64,000 nt of DNA from Stylophora pistillata (Eukaryota): the NCBI RefSeq assembly GCF_002571385.2, contig NW_019217936.1, positions 232,855 to 296,854 on the forward strand. The letters run 5' to 3'. Position 1 is the stretch's first letter; each line of letters starts with the position of its first letter. The position numbers were made by a program, and so were the translations under genes. Under the pieces are notes generated by a model. It ran no database searches. It was not told where the DNA came from and worked only from the letters and a program-made list of their open reading frames with translations. This document shows positions 54,161 to 64,000 of this stretch, one piece after another.

Positions 54161-54170
54161 GGGATTCCCC
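54161..54170. promoter_or_regulatory. NF-kB site GGGATTCCCC upstream of Maf copy 4
   Basis: 10/11 match to the cluster motif, ~99 bp upstream of ATG 54269. Confidence 0.7.
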
Positions 54171-54268
54171 TGATATCGTTTGTGTTTGCAGAGGTACTTT
54201 CCCGCGCTGGGCGTCGTTAACGAAACCGAACCTTTGCCCTAAATAGCATTGCTTTTATACTGAAGAAC

Positions 54269-54844
54269 ATGAGGTCCGTCGATCGTAAATTTCTCATGGA
54301 GAAGATGGATTCTTATCTTGACTCGTTTGGAGGGGGCGAATTTACTTTGAATAACACGCACGATCGACTAACAGTTTCTGATGGTGTTTGTTATACACGT
54401 GTGGTTGAAGGACTCCCGATCGCACCAGAACGCCCTACAGAATCGGCCAATCTTCACCAACAATCGAATCACAATCGTTCTCTTTCTTTCAAAGTAATCA
54501 AGAAGCTACTCGACGATGAATACCTCGAAACGACGTCGATTCAAGAGTTGAACAGGAAACTTCGTCGGCTGCCTGAAGGGCTGATGCAAAAATTTAGGAA
54601 GAGGAGGCGAGTTCTCAAGAATCGTAAATATGCTCTGAAGTGCCGACGGAAAGGGATGCAGAGACAGAGTTACATCGCAGAAGAAAATGCAGCTCTTGAA
54701 CGAGAAATTCTCCGTGCAAATATGGAATTGAAAAAAGTTTCCCAAGAAAGAGATAAATATCGACAGAAATATGAGCGATTCGTAGATGCTGTGAAAACAT
54801 CAAGCGAGTTGCCAATGGCGGAGTATGACAGAATTGTAATGTAG
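54269..54844 (+). CDS. maf: Maf-family bZIP transcription factor, intronless (copy 4, type A)
   Basis: LDDEYLETTSIQELNRKLRRLPEGLMQKFRKRRRVLKNRKYALKCRRK; zipper ..QERDKYRQKYE; 191 aa (alternative ATG at 54296). Confidence 0.94.
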   Translation: MRSVDRKFLMEKMDSYLDSFGGGEFTLNNTHDRLTVSDGVCYTRVVEGLPIAPERPTESANLHQQSNHNRSLSFKVIKKLLDDEYLETTSIQELNRKLRRLPEGLMQKFRKRRRVLKNRKYALKCRRKGMQRQSYIAEENAALEREILRANMELKKVSQERDKYRQKYERFVDAVKTSSELPMAEYDRIVM

Positions 54845-54996
54845 CCTCAACTGAAAAAGGAACTTAAAACTTAAAAGAAAATAAGTTCAATCATGTTCAT
54901 TGCTTCACTCTGACATATTATTTAATTTGTGGTCCTAAGAAGATACTCGGTCCGAGACTCTTCTATTTTCAATGCTTTCAAAACCGAAAGATATTG

Positions 54997-55016
54997 GGGG
55001 ATTCCCCTTACGTCAT
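54997..55016. promoter_or_regulatory. Abutting NF-kB site (GGGGATTCCCC) and CRE-like TTACGTCAT upstream of Maf copy 5
   Basis: kB 54997-55007 and TTACGTCAT 55008-55016, ~169 bp upstream of the ATG; GC box GGGCGG at 55024; E-box CACGTG at ~55089. Confidence 0.75.
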
Positions 55017-55175
55017 CTTCACTGGGCGGAGCTTTTAATCATTTCTGTCAATATTTCAAAATTAATTTGATTGACTACCTGAAAAAGTCACGTGAGTGGT
55101 ATAGCAGCATCGCAACTTTCGTATCCACAGCCATGTGCTTAGTTTGGTCTGTAATCTACTGACAACGGACAAAAC

Positions 55176-55697
55176 ATGACCGATGAAGAACTTTATGACG
55201 ATTTGCAAAAAATGGAGGACATTTTTGATGGAGGATTCGCTGTAGATGAATCCAGCTCTTATTGGTTCGGCCTTGATCCGTCTATAGCCGAGGATGAAAG
55301 ACCTTCAACACAGACGCGCCTTTATTCTGAGCGCCTAGAGTATGACACAACCAGCTCAACGCCTGGTGAGCAGATCACCGACTTTGAGGTCGCAACACTC
55401 CCCATACGCGAACTAAACAGACGTTTGAAGATCCTCCCTCAAGCTGAAATATTACAAATCAGAAAACGCCGGAGAAGCTTGAGAAACCGCAATTACGCGA
55501 CTAACTGCCGTCGAAGGCGTGCAGCCCTTAAAGAGAGCTTGCTAACAGAAAATAAGCAATTGAGAGATCAGCTACGAGAGGCAAATGAAACCCTTTCCAA
55601 AGCTTTGAAAGAAAGAGACTCCTACAAAAGAAAGTTTGCAGAACTACATAAGGCATACGTCACCTTTAATAGACCTAATGTTGCAAGAAAATGGTAA
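55176..55697 (+). CDS. maf: Maf-family bZIP transcription factor, intronless (copy 5, type C)
   Basis: Acidic N-terminus; ITDFEVATLPIRELNRRLK; KRRRSLRNRNYATNCRRRR; zipper ..KERDSYKRKFAEL; 173 aa. Confidence 0.95.
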   Translation: MTDEELYDDLQKMEDIFDGGFAVDESSSYWFGLDPSIAEDERPSTQTRLYSERLEYDTTSSTPGEQITDFEVATLPIRELNRRLKILPQAEILQIRKRRRSLRNRNYATNCRRRRAALKESLLTENKQLRDQLREANETLSKALKERDSYKRKFAELHKAYVTFNRPNVARKW

Positions 55698-57104
55698 CTT
55701 TGATGTAATGAGATTCAATATTGGACAGACAAATTATTTTGAGTAAGTTCGATCATCGGTCTTAAATATCGGCACAGAAACAAGAATGTTACGTGTTGCT
55801 AGAGCTTTCCGTCAAAATTTTATCATGTGAAGTCGAGTTAAGGTTAGTGTACTTCATATGTATTCCAGTTGTACAAGCTATTTTGTGTAATGTGTCAAAA
55901 GAATTTCATCATTGGTCATATTTCTCATATCTTAGCATATTGTTATTACGCTAAGGTTGATAACTTTTGTTTAGTTTTTGCTCATGCAAATTCCTTAAAT
56001 TCATCTTTAGAGATTCAGATACAACTGTCGTGTTACTATTTAAAGTTGCCGTTTGAATGGCTTTGTATTCAGTCGATGATAAAATAATCTCAATTTCTTT
56101 ATAACGAGTTGAACTCCATATGAATAGTTATTTTTAGATCTTCTATATAACGCCAGAAGCATACTGTAATTCGAACAATTGTATATACATGTTGTTTTGT
56201 TCAGAAAGGGAAAAGTTCTACTTTCTTACTGATAACAACGATATTTGGTATAATAGCTAAAGTAAATTAAGTAATTTTGTTGGAAGTCAATAAAAATTTT
56301 CTCGGTCTTTAGAGAAAATGATTATGTCTCATTGAGAGATCAGTTGATGTTTTAACCAACTGAAAAAAACTATTTTGTGTATTCTATGATCGTGTCGAAA
56401 TGCTGAATATGTCGTAATTAGGAAGGAAGTATTTTTCGAAGCAAGTGAATCAAGAGATATTCGTGTAGTTTTAGAGAAACTGTAATCAACTCCACTTTGG
56501 TGATGTATGTATTTGTATTTGATTATGTTCAAAACTCAATCTTTAAAACTGAAATAAAGCAGTTTGTCAAGTAATTTATCATGCATAATCTGTACTGACT
56601 TCAACAAAGCGGGTTTTACCTTTGCTAACCTCGCACAATTTGCCTTGGGTCAAACCATTGGACTTCAGTCGCTAATGCTTTCAAAATTGTCCTTGAGTTA
56701 GTTTATTTGCTTCATGTCCATTGATACTCCTTAGTTTAAACATGTATGACTCAGGGAACTATCACTTTGTGATATCACAACATAGATTGATGACCAGGGC
56801 GACAGTTTCATTCAGTAAAATACCACTACCCTCCATGTGCCTAAAACAAGAGAGGGTGGCATTATAGCAATCGTCAAAGTTTATCCATCGTGTGACATAC
56901 AAACGAGTAGTGTACGTAGTATTGATCAAAATTTTGAATTTTCTTCGATCGAGCCAAGTGCCCCCTAGAAATATTAAACTTAAACTTAAAAACTTTAATG
57001 ATAAATACTCCCCAAAAAAGGTTTTTCAGTGCCTATTTACAAATATGAATGCTAACTATATCTGACAAGCTATTGTTAAATTCTAAATTCTAACTGTCAC
57101 TCGA

Positions 57105-57440
57105 TCATTCGTTCATGGCAAGTTTCAGGACTTTCTTAAAGGCCTTTACAGATGTAACGTTTCTCAGGTCTTCGTCTAACATGTTCCACAGTGATACTGG
57201 TCTATAGGCAAAGGACCTTTGGCCGGTAGCTGATCTGAATAATGGAATGTCAATCTTCTCATTATTACGAGTTATGCGATTATGTACAGAAGATCGTTTT
57301 TTAAACTTAGCAGATAGATATTCAGGAGCCAAATTGTTGACACACTTATAAGCTATAACGGCGTCTCTGAATTTGAGTATTTTGTCAACTGGAAGCCAGT
57401 TGAGTTCATCCAGTAATGGCGTTACATGGTCAAATTTCCG
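57105..57440 (-). mobile_element. 3' end of a CR1/L2-group LINE ORF2
   Basis: RKFDHVTPLLDELNWLPV..KFRDAVIAYKCVNNLAPEYLS..HNRITR..GQRSFAYRPVSLWNML..FKK. Confidence 0.85.
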
Positions 57441-57509
57441 ATTATCATTCTCGGGGATGAAAAGTCAATCCATTGTCAGTTACACTTAATATTTTCATCG
57501 GGTTCGCAG

Positions 57510-57668
57510 CAGCTGTTAAGCTAGTATCCAGCGCCCATTTAGTGGAAAGAGGCACTGCCGGTAAGAGTAAAGCATCTTGGTCAAGATCATAACAATACAA
57601 TCTAAGAGACTCGAGACTAGAGCCACCTATCAGGAGTCCAGCGAGTTGATCGTGAAACCATCGTGTCT
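57510..57668 (-). mobile_element. Degenerate tRNA-derived SINE remnant
   Basis: gtggaaagaggcactg..agtaaagcatcttggtcaaga..caggagtccagcg resembles a common cnidarian SINE; recognised from memory only. Confidence 0.4.
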
Positions 57669-58215
57669 TTCAAATCGCATAATTACGATTCTTGAAGGCT
57701 CGGTAACATTTATAAGGGACGTCCCCTTTACGAACTTGATATTCAATTTCGTTTGGGTTGAAGTGCCAATTCGAGACACACATGAATTTCGAGCAATTTG
57801 AATAAAAAGAAAAATTTGACTTTTTCAGTGGACAGTCACTTAATTTGAAATGGGCTAACGTGCACGTCGAGATATTTAATCCATAGAGGGAAGAAAAACC
57901 GGCAGGTGTACACACCAACACACACACAATCTCCCACCCCCTTCCCTTGGCTCAAGGTCTGGATCTGCCACTGGTTACACATGAGGCAAATTGTATAAAA
58001 CGAAACGTACTCCTCGTGTGTGATTATTTGTTCGATTGCTCGCATTGTTTTTGTTTTGCGATTTCCATGCTTACCAGGTTCAGTTAACTTCCGCCTTTGC
58101 ATACTTTTATGCGGCTCTTCGCATCAACATGCGCAGTTCCATAATCCATGGAAACAAAAAATGAAAAGGGAGTGACAGACATTCAGTTTGATTTATTTCA
58201 GTGCTTAGCATTCAC

Positions 58216-58533
58216 GGGGAATTCCCGCAAAACATACCTTTTGCCTGGGATCAACTGTAATACTTCTTTCCCAAATTAAAAAAAGAAAAAAAAAAAAACA
58301 GAAAAAAACTTGAATGGTTGCAAGCGTTTGTTAGCCCTACTGGTTGGCAAGACTTGTAGCTAGTCGGCAGGACTGGGTGTTATCGTTTCTATTATCTCGT
58401 TGTTGTGTATACTCAGACGTCTCCTGAAAAGTCTAAGAATTAAATAGCACCAGGGAATTCTATTAGAAACGAAAACGAAAGTTTTCCTGTTTTCGAAACT
58501 TGAGTATCCAGCTGCAACTCTGGGGAAAAACCC
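58216..58533. promoter_or_regulatory. kB sites and ISRE-like motif upstream of Maf copy 6
   Basis: GGGGAATTCCC 58216-58226, GAAACGAAAACGAAAGT 58466-58482, GGGGAAAAACCC 58522-58533. Confidence 0.65.
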
Positions 58534-58613
58534 TAACTGACACTTTCGCCAACGAATTGTAATTACCTTCTGATAAGGGAGAAATTGTTCATTAACGCTA
58601 CACTTGTTTTATC

Positions 58614-59132
58614 ATGGAGGGAGATCTTGAAGCTCTGTTCGACTTGTATCCCACCGATGCCATGAAGCACATTTTTGAAAATGCATGGACGGAAGAGGGT
58701 CTTCTACTTGAAGAAAACAATATTTCCTCCGACACAGATCGCGATATCCAAGATCTTTTCGACGGTGAAACAAGGAACGAAGTAAATTATTTATCTTCTG
58801 AATCTGAGACCGAAAGCTTGGATTCTTCAGATATCACAAAAATAAGCGACGAACAAATTCAGAATCTCCGCGTGCAAGATCTCAACAAGCTTCTTCGGGA
58901 CCTCCCGCGGGACGAGGCAGCAAAAATAAAGAAGCGAAGACGTAACTTGAAAAATCGAAACTATGCTTTGAATTGTCGCATTCGCAAACAGCAAAGATAC
59001 GAAGATCTGCTTAACGAGAACACCTCGTTGAAAAAGCAACTGGAGAATGAGAGAAGGCAGCTGAGAAACGTCTGGAAAGAGAAAGAGGCGTACAAGAAAA
59101 AATGTCAGCATTTGCAGAGGGAGGCCTTTTGA
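58614..59132 (+). CDS. maf: Maf-family bZIP transcription factor, intronless (copy 6, type B)
   Basis: Acidic N-terminus sharing RDIQDLFDGET..EVN with copy 2; ISDEQIQNLRVQDLNKLLR; KRRRNLKNRNYALNCRIRK; 172 aa. Confidence 0.95.
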   Translation: MEGDLEALFDLYPTDAMKHIFENAWTEEGLLLEENNISSDTDRDIQDLFDGETRNEVNYLSSESETESLDSSDITKISDEQIQNLRVQDLNKLLRDLPRDEAAKIKKRRRNLKNRNYALNCRIRKQQRYEDLLNENTSLKKQLENERRQLRNVWKEKEAYKKKCQHLQREAF

Positions 59133-60429
59133 GCTATTGGCATGATACTAAAGGATGACAGTGTATGTGTCCATAAGTGATAGGCTATTCTATTACATCG
59201 TTATGACTTAAAATATTCAGCGTACAAATATTATCATGATACATTGATAGACTGTAATCTAGCAAGCACTTTTATTGAGCATATGTATTCGGCTGTGTTT
59301 CAAATAATTCCAGCGAGTACCACCCTTGAAGTCAAGTTTAGTACAATCCGAAATAGGCTTAACTCTAAATATTTCCAAAAATAGCTCAAATGAAGCAAGG
59401 CTGTCAATAAGGTGTAGTGATGTCTGAAAAGTGAAATTNNNNNNNNNNNNNNNNNNNNNNNGTAGATATGTATAAGTATTCAAATACTTAATATTCAAAT
59501 ATTCGGATACCTATCGAATTGTTTAGATTTAAAAAAAAAACACTTGTAATAGAGAGAAATATACTAAAACATTTATGTGTACGAAGTCATATATTATTCT
59601 CTCGAATAATTCAAACATGGACCAGTGTTTTACAAAACTTAAGTCACTCTCACTACCCACCCCTCCCTTGGAAACAATACCAGTATGTTTTTGTAGACAG
59701 GTTGTCTTCCATTTCTAGTTTCATCGTTATTCAATATTTTATAGGTTCCTCTTTCTTTGTCATCTTCCCTCCAACGAAAGAATATTTTATTACCATCTTT
59801 CCTTTTCTTTCTTGTTCGACTGGGTGTTATTCCGCCAGCCCACCTTTCAAGGCAATAGGATAGATAAGACATTACGGGCTTAGAAGGCGTAGTCAATGAA
59901 AGGTAAGAATCGAATAATATCATAAACGATATGTCATGATTTTTTTTTTAATTGACGCACAGTCATCAATTCAATTTGATTACTAGAATTTGATGTGTTG
60001 TTCGTGGCTTTATATTCTTTGGTTCATCATGCAATGATGGAAGCTCGTTTATAATGGTCACTGAGCGAAGTTAATTCAGTCATAAAAGACCGAGAGGTTG
60101 AAAGCTCTTTCAAAATAGAGTAATGCGCCTTTGTTATTTAATACCGAAACGAACCTTGGAAGCTTACTTAGTTACAAAGTCGTGAATTTAGGTGAAACTC
60201 AATCTTTCTGGAGACACTGGCAACGGATTGTAAGATTCCAGATCACGTCAAAACTTGATCCGGTCACATGCTCGCATGAATGAAACCACTTGTTCATGTG
60301 CTGGCTTCAAAGTCATATATTTATTGTGTGATTTGTTTTTCCATTTTGGATTACCTTCTAAAGAATTTCTCGCATCAGCTCCAGGGAAGTGAAGCGAAGA
60401 CTGAAAGATAGTGGATACGAAAAGGAGCC

Positions 60430-62083
60430 ATGCGATGTGCTTACTTTGTTTCACTGGTGTTGTCCGTGTCGTATGTGACCTGTGGAGGTATTAGGTGTAC
60501 GTTATAATTAAATTGTTGCCCCGAGCAATTTCTCTGCCTTAGCAACTAGCAACCCTCTTACTCTAATGCAAAAAAAAAAGAAAAAAAAAAGGGTTTTGGT
60601 CTCCGTACCATTTTGTCGATGTTTTGGTGGAAGGGTTAATTGTTCCATATAAGCTTTGCCTACACAGTCAGTTGCCATGTAAATACATTATTTATCTTCT
60701 CTAGTAAGACAACAATGACGCTTGACTCCATATAAGATATTTTAAACAAAACGGTGACAACTGTAAATGATTTTGAAGCGCGCGTGATGTGCATTCACTT
60801 GATTTTTGGAGTGAAAAATCTGTTGATAAAAGTACTCTACAAGTGGGTAGAATTAGTTTTGCAGATTCCTGCTTTATCTCTGGACTGAAACCAAAATACC
60901 AGCCGCTTTAAGCACGTACAAGGCATAACTTATATACTGAACTGAAACTGCGAATCGTCTTGTTATCAAACATTTCATAACTAAAATCAGCAAGGACATT
61001 TAAGGAAGGCCCCTTGTCACTCTTCTTTAAAACCTTGCCAAGTTCTCTCGCCCACTCATTCGTTCGCCTCTAGTGACTAGCTAAGAGACTGACAAACGAT
61101 TTTCCTGGGATTCTTGCAAACAAATGTAAAACTTGACCCGCATGATGGTCACTTTACATTTTGCTTCAGTGCCAATCTTGATCCAAACACCTAACCCTTT
61201 TGAGCACAAGGAGAAATTGAGCATTAACTGAATCACATTCACTGTCAAGTCGGAGGTAAAAGTAATTTTTCAGTCCTGCATGTGATCGGTTGCTTAGGAA
61301 CACTCTATGGTTGGACTATAATGCTCTGAAAATCTTGAAGAAAGCACTATAAAGAATTCACTCTTCTAAATTTGTCTTAGGGTATGAATACGTAGGATGC
61401 TATAAAGATTCGGATCCCAGAGATCTCCCACAAAGAGTTCACGACCGTGAAGTGACCGTGAAATCGTGTGCCAAGAGCTGTAAGGACCTGTTTTATAGAT
61501 ATGCTGGCCTTCAGTTCTCGTATCTATGCTTCTGTGGTAACAAGCGAGGACGGTATGGCCTGCTTCCGGAATGGAAATGCTCGAGTGAATGTACTAACAA
61601 AGACGACAAGCACTGTGGAGGATACTGGAGTAATTCCATTTATAAAACAGGTGTAGTAGATGTTAGAACTTACCGATAATATCTCAGGTGGTTAAAGCGA
61701 AATTCGCTCTCTAGTTAGTTCTTACATCTTGCTACGATCACTCCGCATTGGGGAAGGGGGGGGGGTATAACACTAAAGTACCAAAATTTAATTAATCACC
61801 TTTCTTCAACTGCTCTGATGATCATCTGCGTGACTATACAGACACAATTATCGTGGGCTCAATGAACATCGTGGAATAATTCCCATCCTATACCTCTGCA
61901 ACTACTGTTTGATTTTATTTGACATTGAGTTTTTTTTGTTTTCTTTCAGGTTATGATCCACCAGCTGGTGTCAAGATAACTCCATTATTAACAAAAGCGT
62001 TAGCCGATCTTAAACCGCATGTTAACGCTACCAAACACACGAAAGGTGAGCACAGCAAATCTGACGTCGATGAAAAATTTCAA
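60430..62083 (+). CDS. Secreted WSC-domain protein (3 exons seen; 3' end uncertain)
   Basis: Signal-peptide exon 60430-60487 (MRCAYFVSLVLSVSYVTCG); WSC exon 61381-61650 (YVGCYKD..RDL..TVKSCAKSC..YAGLQFSYLCFCGN..C..C..CGGYWSNSIY); exon from 61950 (GYDPPAG..DEKFQ) that either splices at ~62084 or reads to the stop at 62143. Both introns are phase 1. Confidence 0.85.
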
Positions 62084-62352
62084 GTGGGTAGGGTTATTGA
62101 AGACACAAAATTTATGTTTCCCGTATGTATACGGCAAGAATAAACTCAGAACCGTAAAAGGCCGGGAATTTCAACTCGAGAAAACGTTGAGGTCCCTTTA
62201 TTTCCTATTGATTGAAAGTAACCCTCGAATGAAACAAGAATTGAGCTTAATTTTACAAACTAAATGTGGCGAAACTAGTTCTGCTCTGTTAATACAAAGA
62301 ATGAAGTTTATATTAGGAGATATCTCCCAACGGTCAATCAAATGAATTGTCA

Positions 62353-62499
62353 TAATGATTATATTAATGATTATATTAATGATTATATTAATGATTATAT
62401 TAATGATTATATTAATGATTATATTAATGATTATATTAATGATTATATTAATGATGATACTAATGATTATATTAATGATTATATTAATGATTATATTAT
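62353..62499. repeat. 12-bp AT-rich tandem repeat (ATTAATGATTAT)n
   Basis: About 12 visible copies; source of the (INDY)n, (IILM)n and (IINI)n ORFs. Confidence 0.95.
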
Positions 62500-64000
62500 G
62501 GGTTTTCATCCTATTCTACAGGAAAGAAAAAAGGTTAAAAGTACCAATCACTGACTGTGAGACGGAAATCTGGAATCCCAGGACATAACTCGCTGGTCTG
62601 TTTATGTTTTTTAGATTGACTTCCTTGAATGCAATTGATGTTAATTGAAGCTAGTTTTGCTTTCTCCTGTGCAAATCACCAAAACTGGGTAATAAAGAAA
62701 ATAGTTCAATCCTCATTTTTGCGCCATACGATATTATCAAGTCCCGTACCTTTAAAACGATGAAATTTAGTTTCTTCTACGCAACGTTTTTCGTTTTGGT
62801 ATCAATCTTTCCCCGAAAACGCATATTTGTAAAATTCTTCACCTATCGGCCACAGTCAAGGCTAGACAAGTGATGCAAACGACTGCCTGTGAAGTCTCCC
62901 TTTAAACATATCCACCCTAGAAACGGATCTTTTTCAAACCTAGACCAATGCAGACGACTACACCCATAAAAACTCATGCCGGGATTACGTGTCTTCACTA
63001 TAAAGAAATACGATGAAATTGTCAAGTAATGGACGAAAATTTATCTAGAAACACTTTGATTGCCTGCGTCGTATTCAAATCTTCTTAATTTCCCTTCCAT
63101 CCCTGGGAGTTCTGCTTGAACGAGTAAGAGCATTGAGGTCCCCACAAGAGATTTTAAACTTTTGGTTCCCATAGATAAATACTAAGAAAGTTTTTAAAAC
63201 AATTTTAGGACGTTAAAAAAAATCTTAAATAGGACGGATAAGAGCTGTCAGTATGAGTCCAATAGTGTATTATTCCTAAGTTTGTGACTTTTATTTTAAT
63301 GATGATTATTTTATTGTTTAATTATTTATCTTTTTTTAATAAAAAAAAATAACTATTGGAAAAGAGACATTTTCTTCGCTACCAGTAGGAGGCTGACCTT
63401 CCAGAAGGTGCATGACAGCTGGACCCGCCCCTTCACTTGTAGGCTCATGAGGCAAATTGCCTCTGCTCAGCCTTTCGAAAACGTGAGCCTTTTTTTTGTA
63501 GTATTGTAAATAATAATGCTTGGATTTAAGCTAGCTGAGTGATATAGGGGGGAAAAGATGCGTGTGTTACTGAAGTACGATGATGTTTTCTAACTGAATT
63601 CATTTTCAGGGCACCAAACAAGTACTCTTCTCTAAACGATAGAACTACCGGTTTCAATCTATTGTGTATTCCACGACATGCGATGTCAATTCATACCATT
63701 GTCTGCGATCGACTCTTGAACGTAAGCATTTGAAAGAAAGGGGACGTTTTGTCTTTGTGGTGGGTATCTTTAGAGGAATAAGCTCGCAGTTTGCTACATC
63801 AATTAAAATTGGATAAATTTTTTGTATACGCCATTCACCTGGCTTTATGAAAAGACCTCAATTTCAAGAAATAGTTATCAGACATGTTTTTAAATTTGAC
63901 TGTTCAAATAAGGTATTCTCTCTTAATTAGAGGAGTTATTTCCAGCAAACAAAAATCAAAACTACAAGCTTATGCGAAGAGATATCGTTACCCTAACAAG

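Noticed and set aside
51446-59111. Antisense or alternative-frame ORFs overlapping the Maf genes (e.g. 51495-51764, 54506-54745, 58827-59111)
   Set aside because: Shadow ORFs of the real coding strands.
62198-62588. (INDY)n, (IILM)n and (IINI)n ORFs; regular array superficially CRISPR-like
   Set aside because: Pure 12-bp tandem repeat with no spacers, in eukaryotic DNA.

Overview
AT-rich, intron-containing eukaryotic DNA. Gene families and repeat types point to a cnidarian, most likely a scleractinian coral (inference, not database-checked). Left to right: a 14-exon minus-strand gene (4077-12169, ~424 aa) with vWA + two MIB/HERC2 domains + C-terminal CaaX; a small orphan ORF (16627-17037); ATF7IP/MCAF (21162-~26317, minus); a transposon-rich block (27.8-45.4 kb) with two ISL2EU/Harbinger-group remnants, Penelope-like retroelements carrying hammerhead-ribozyme motifs, an 861-bp palindrome, a hAT-like remnant, MITEs and a PAN-EGF pseudogene; a cluster of six intronless Maf-type bZIP genes (42749-59132); and the 5' part of a secreted WSC-domain gene. 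The main candidate for an undescribed system is the Maf cluster. It holds three paralog types, each present twice, in two divergently transcribed triplets. Every gene has a strong NF-kB (kB) site just upstream, and the central divergent spacer adds further kB, IRF/ISRE-like and CRE-like motifs. This suggests an NF-kB-inducible, combinatorial Maf bZIP module. All gene models and motifs were read by eye.
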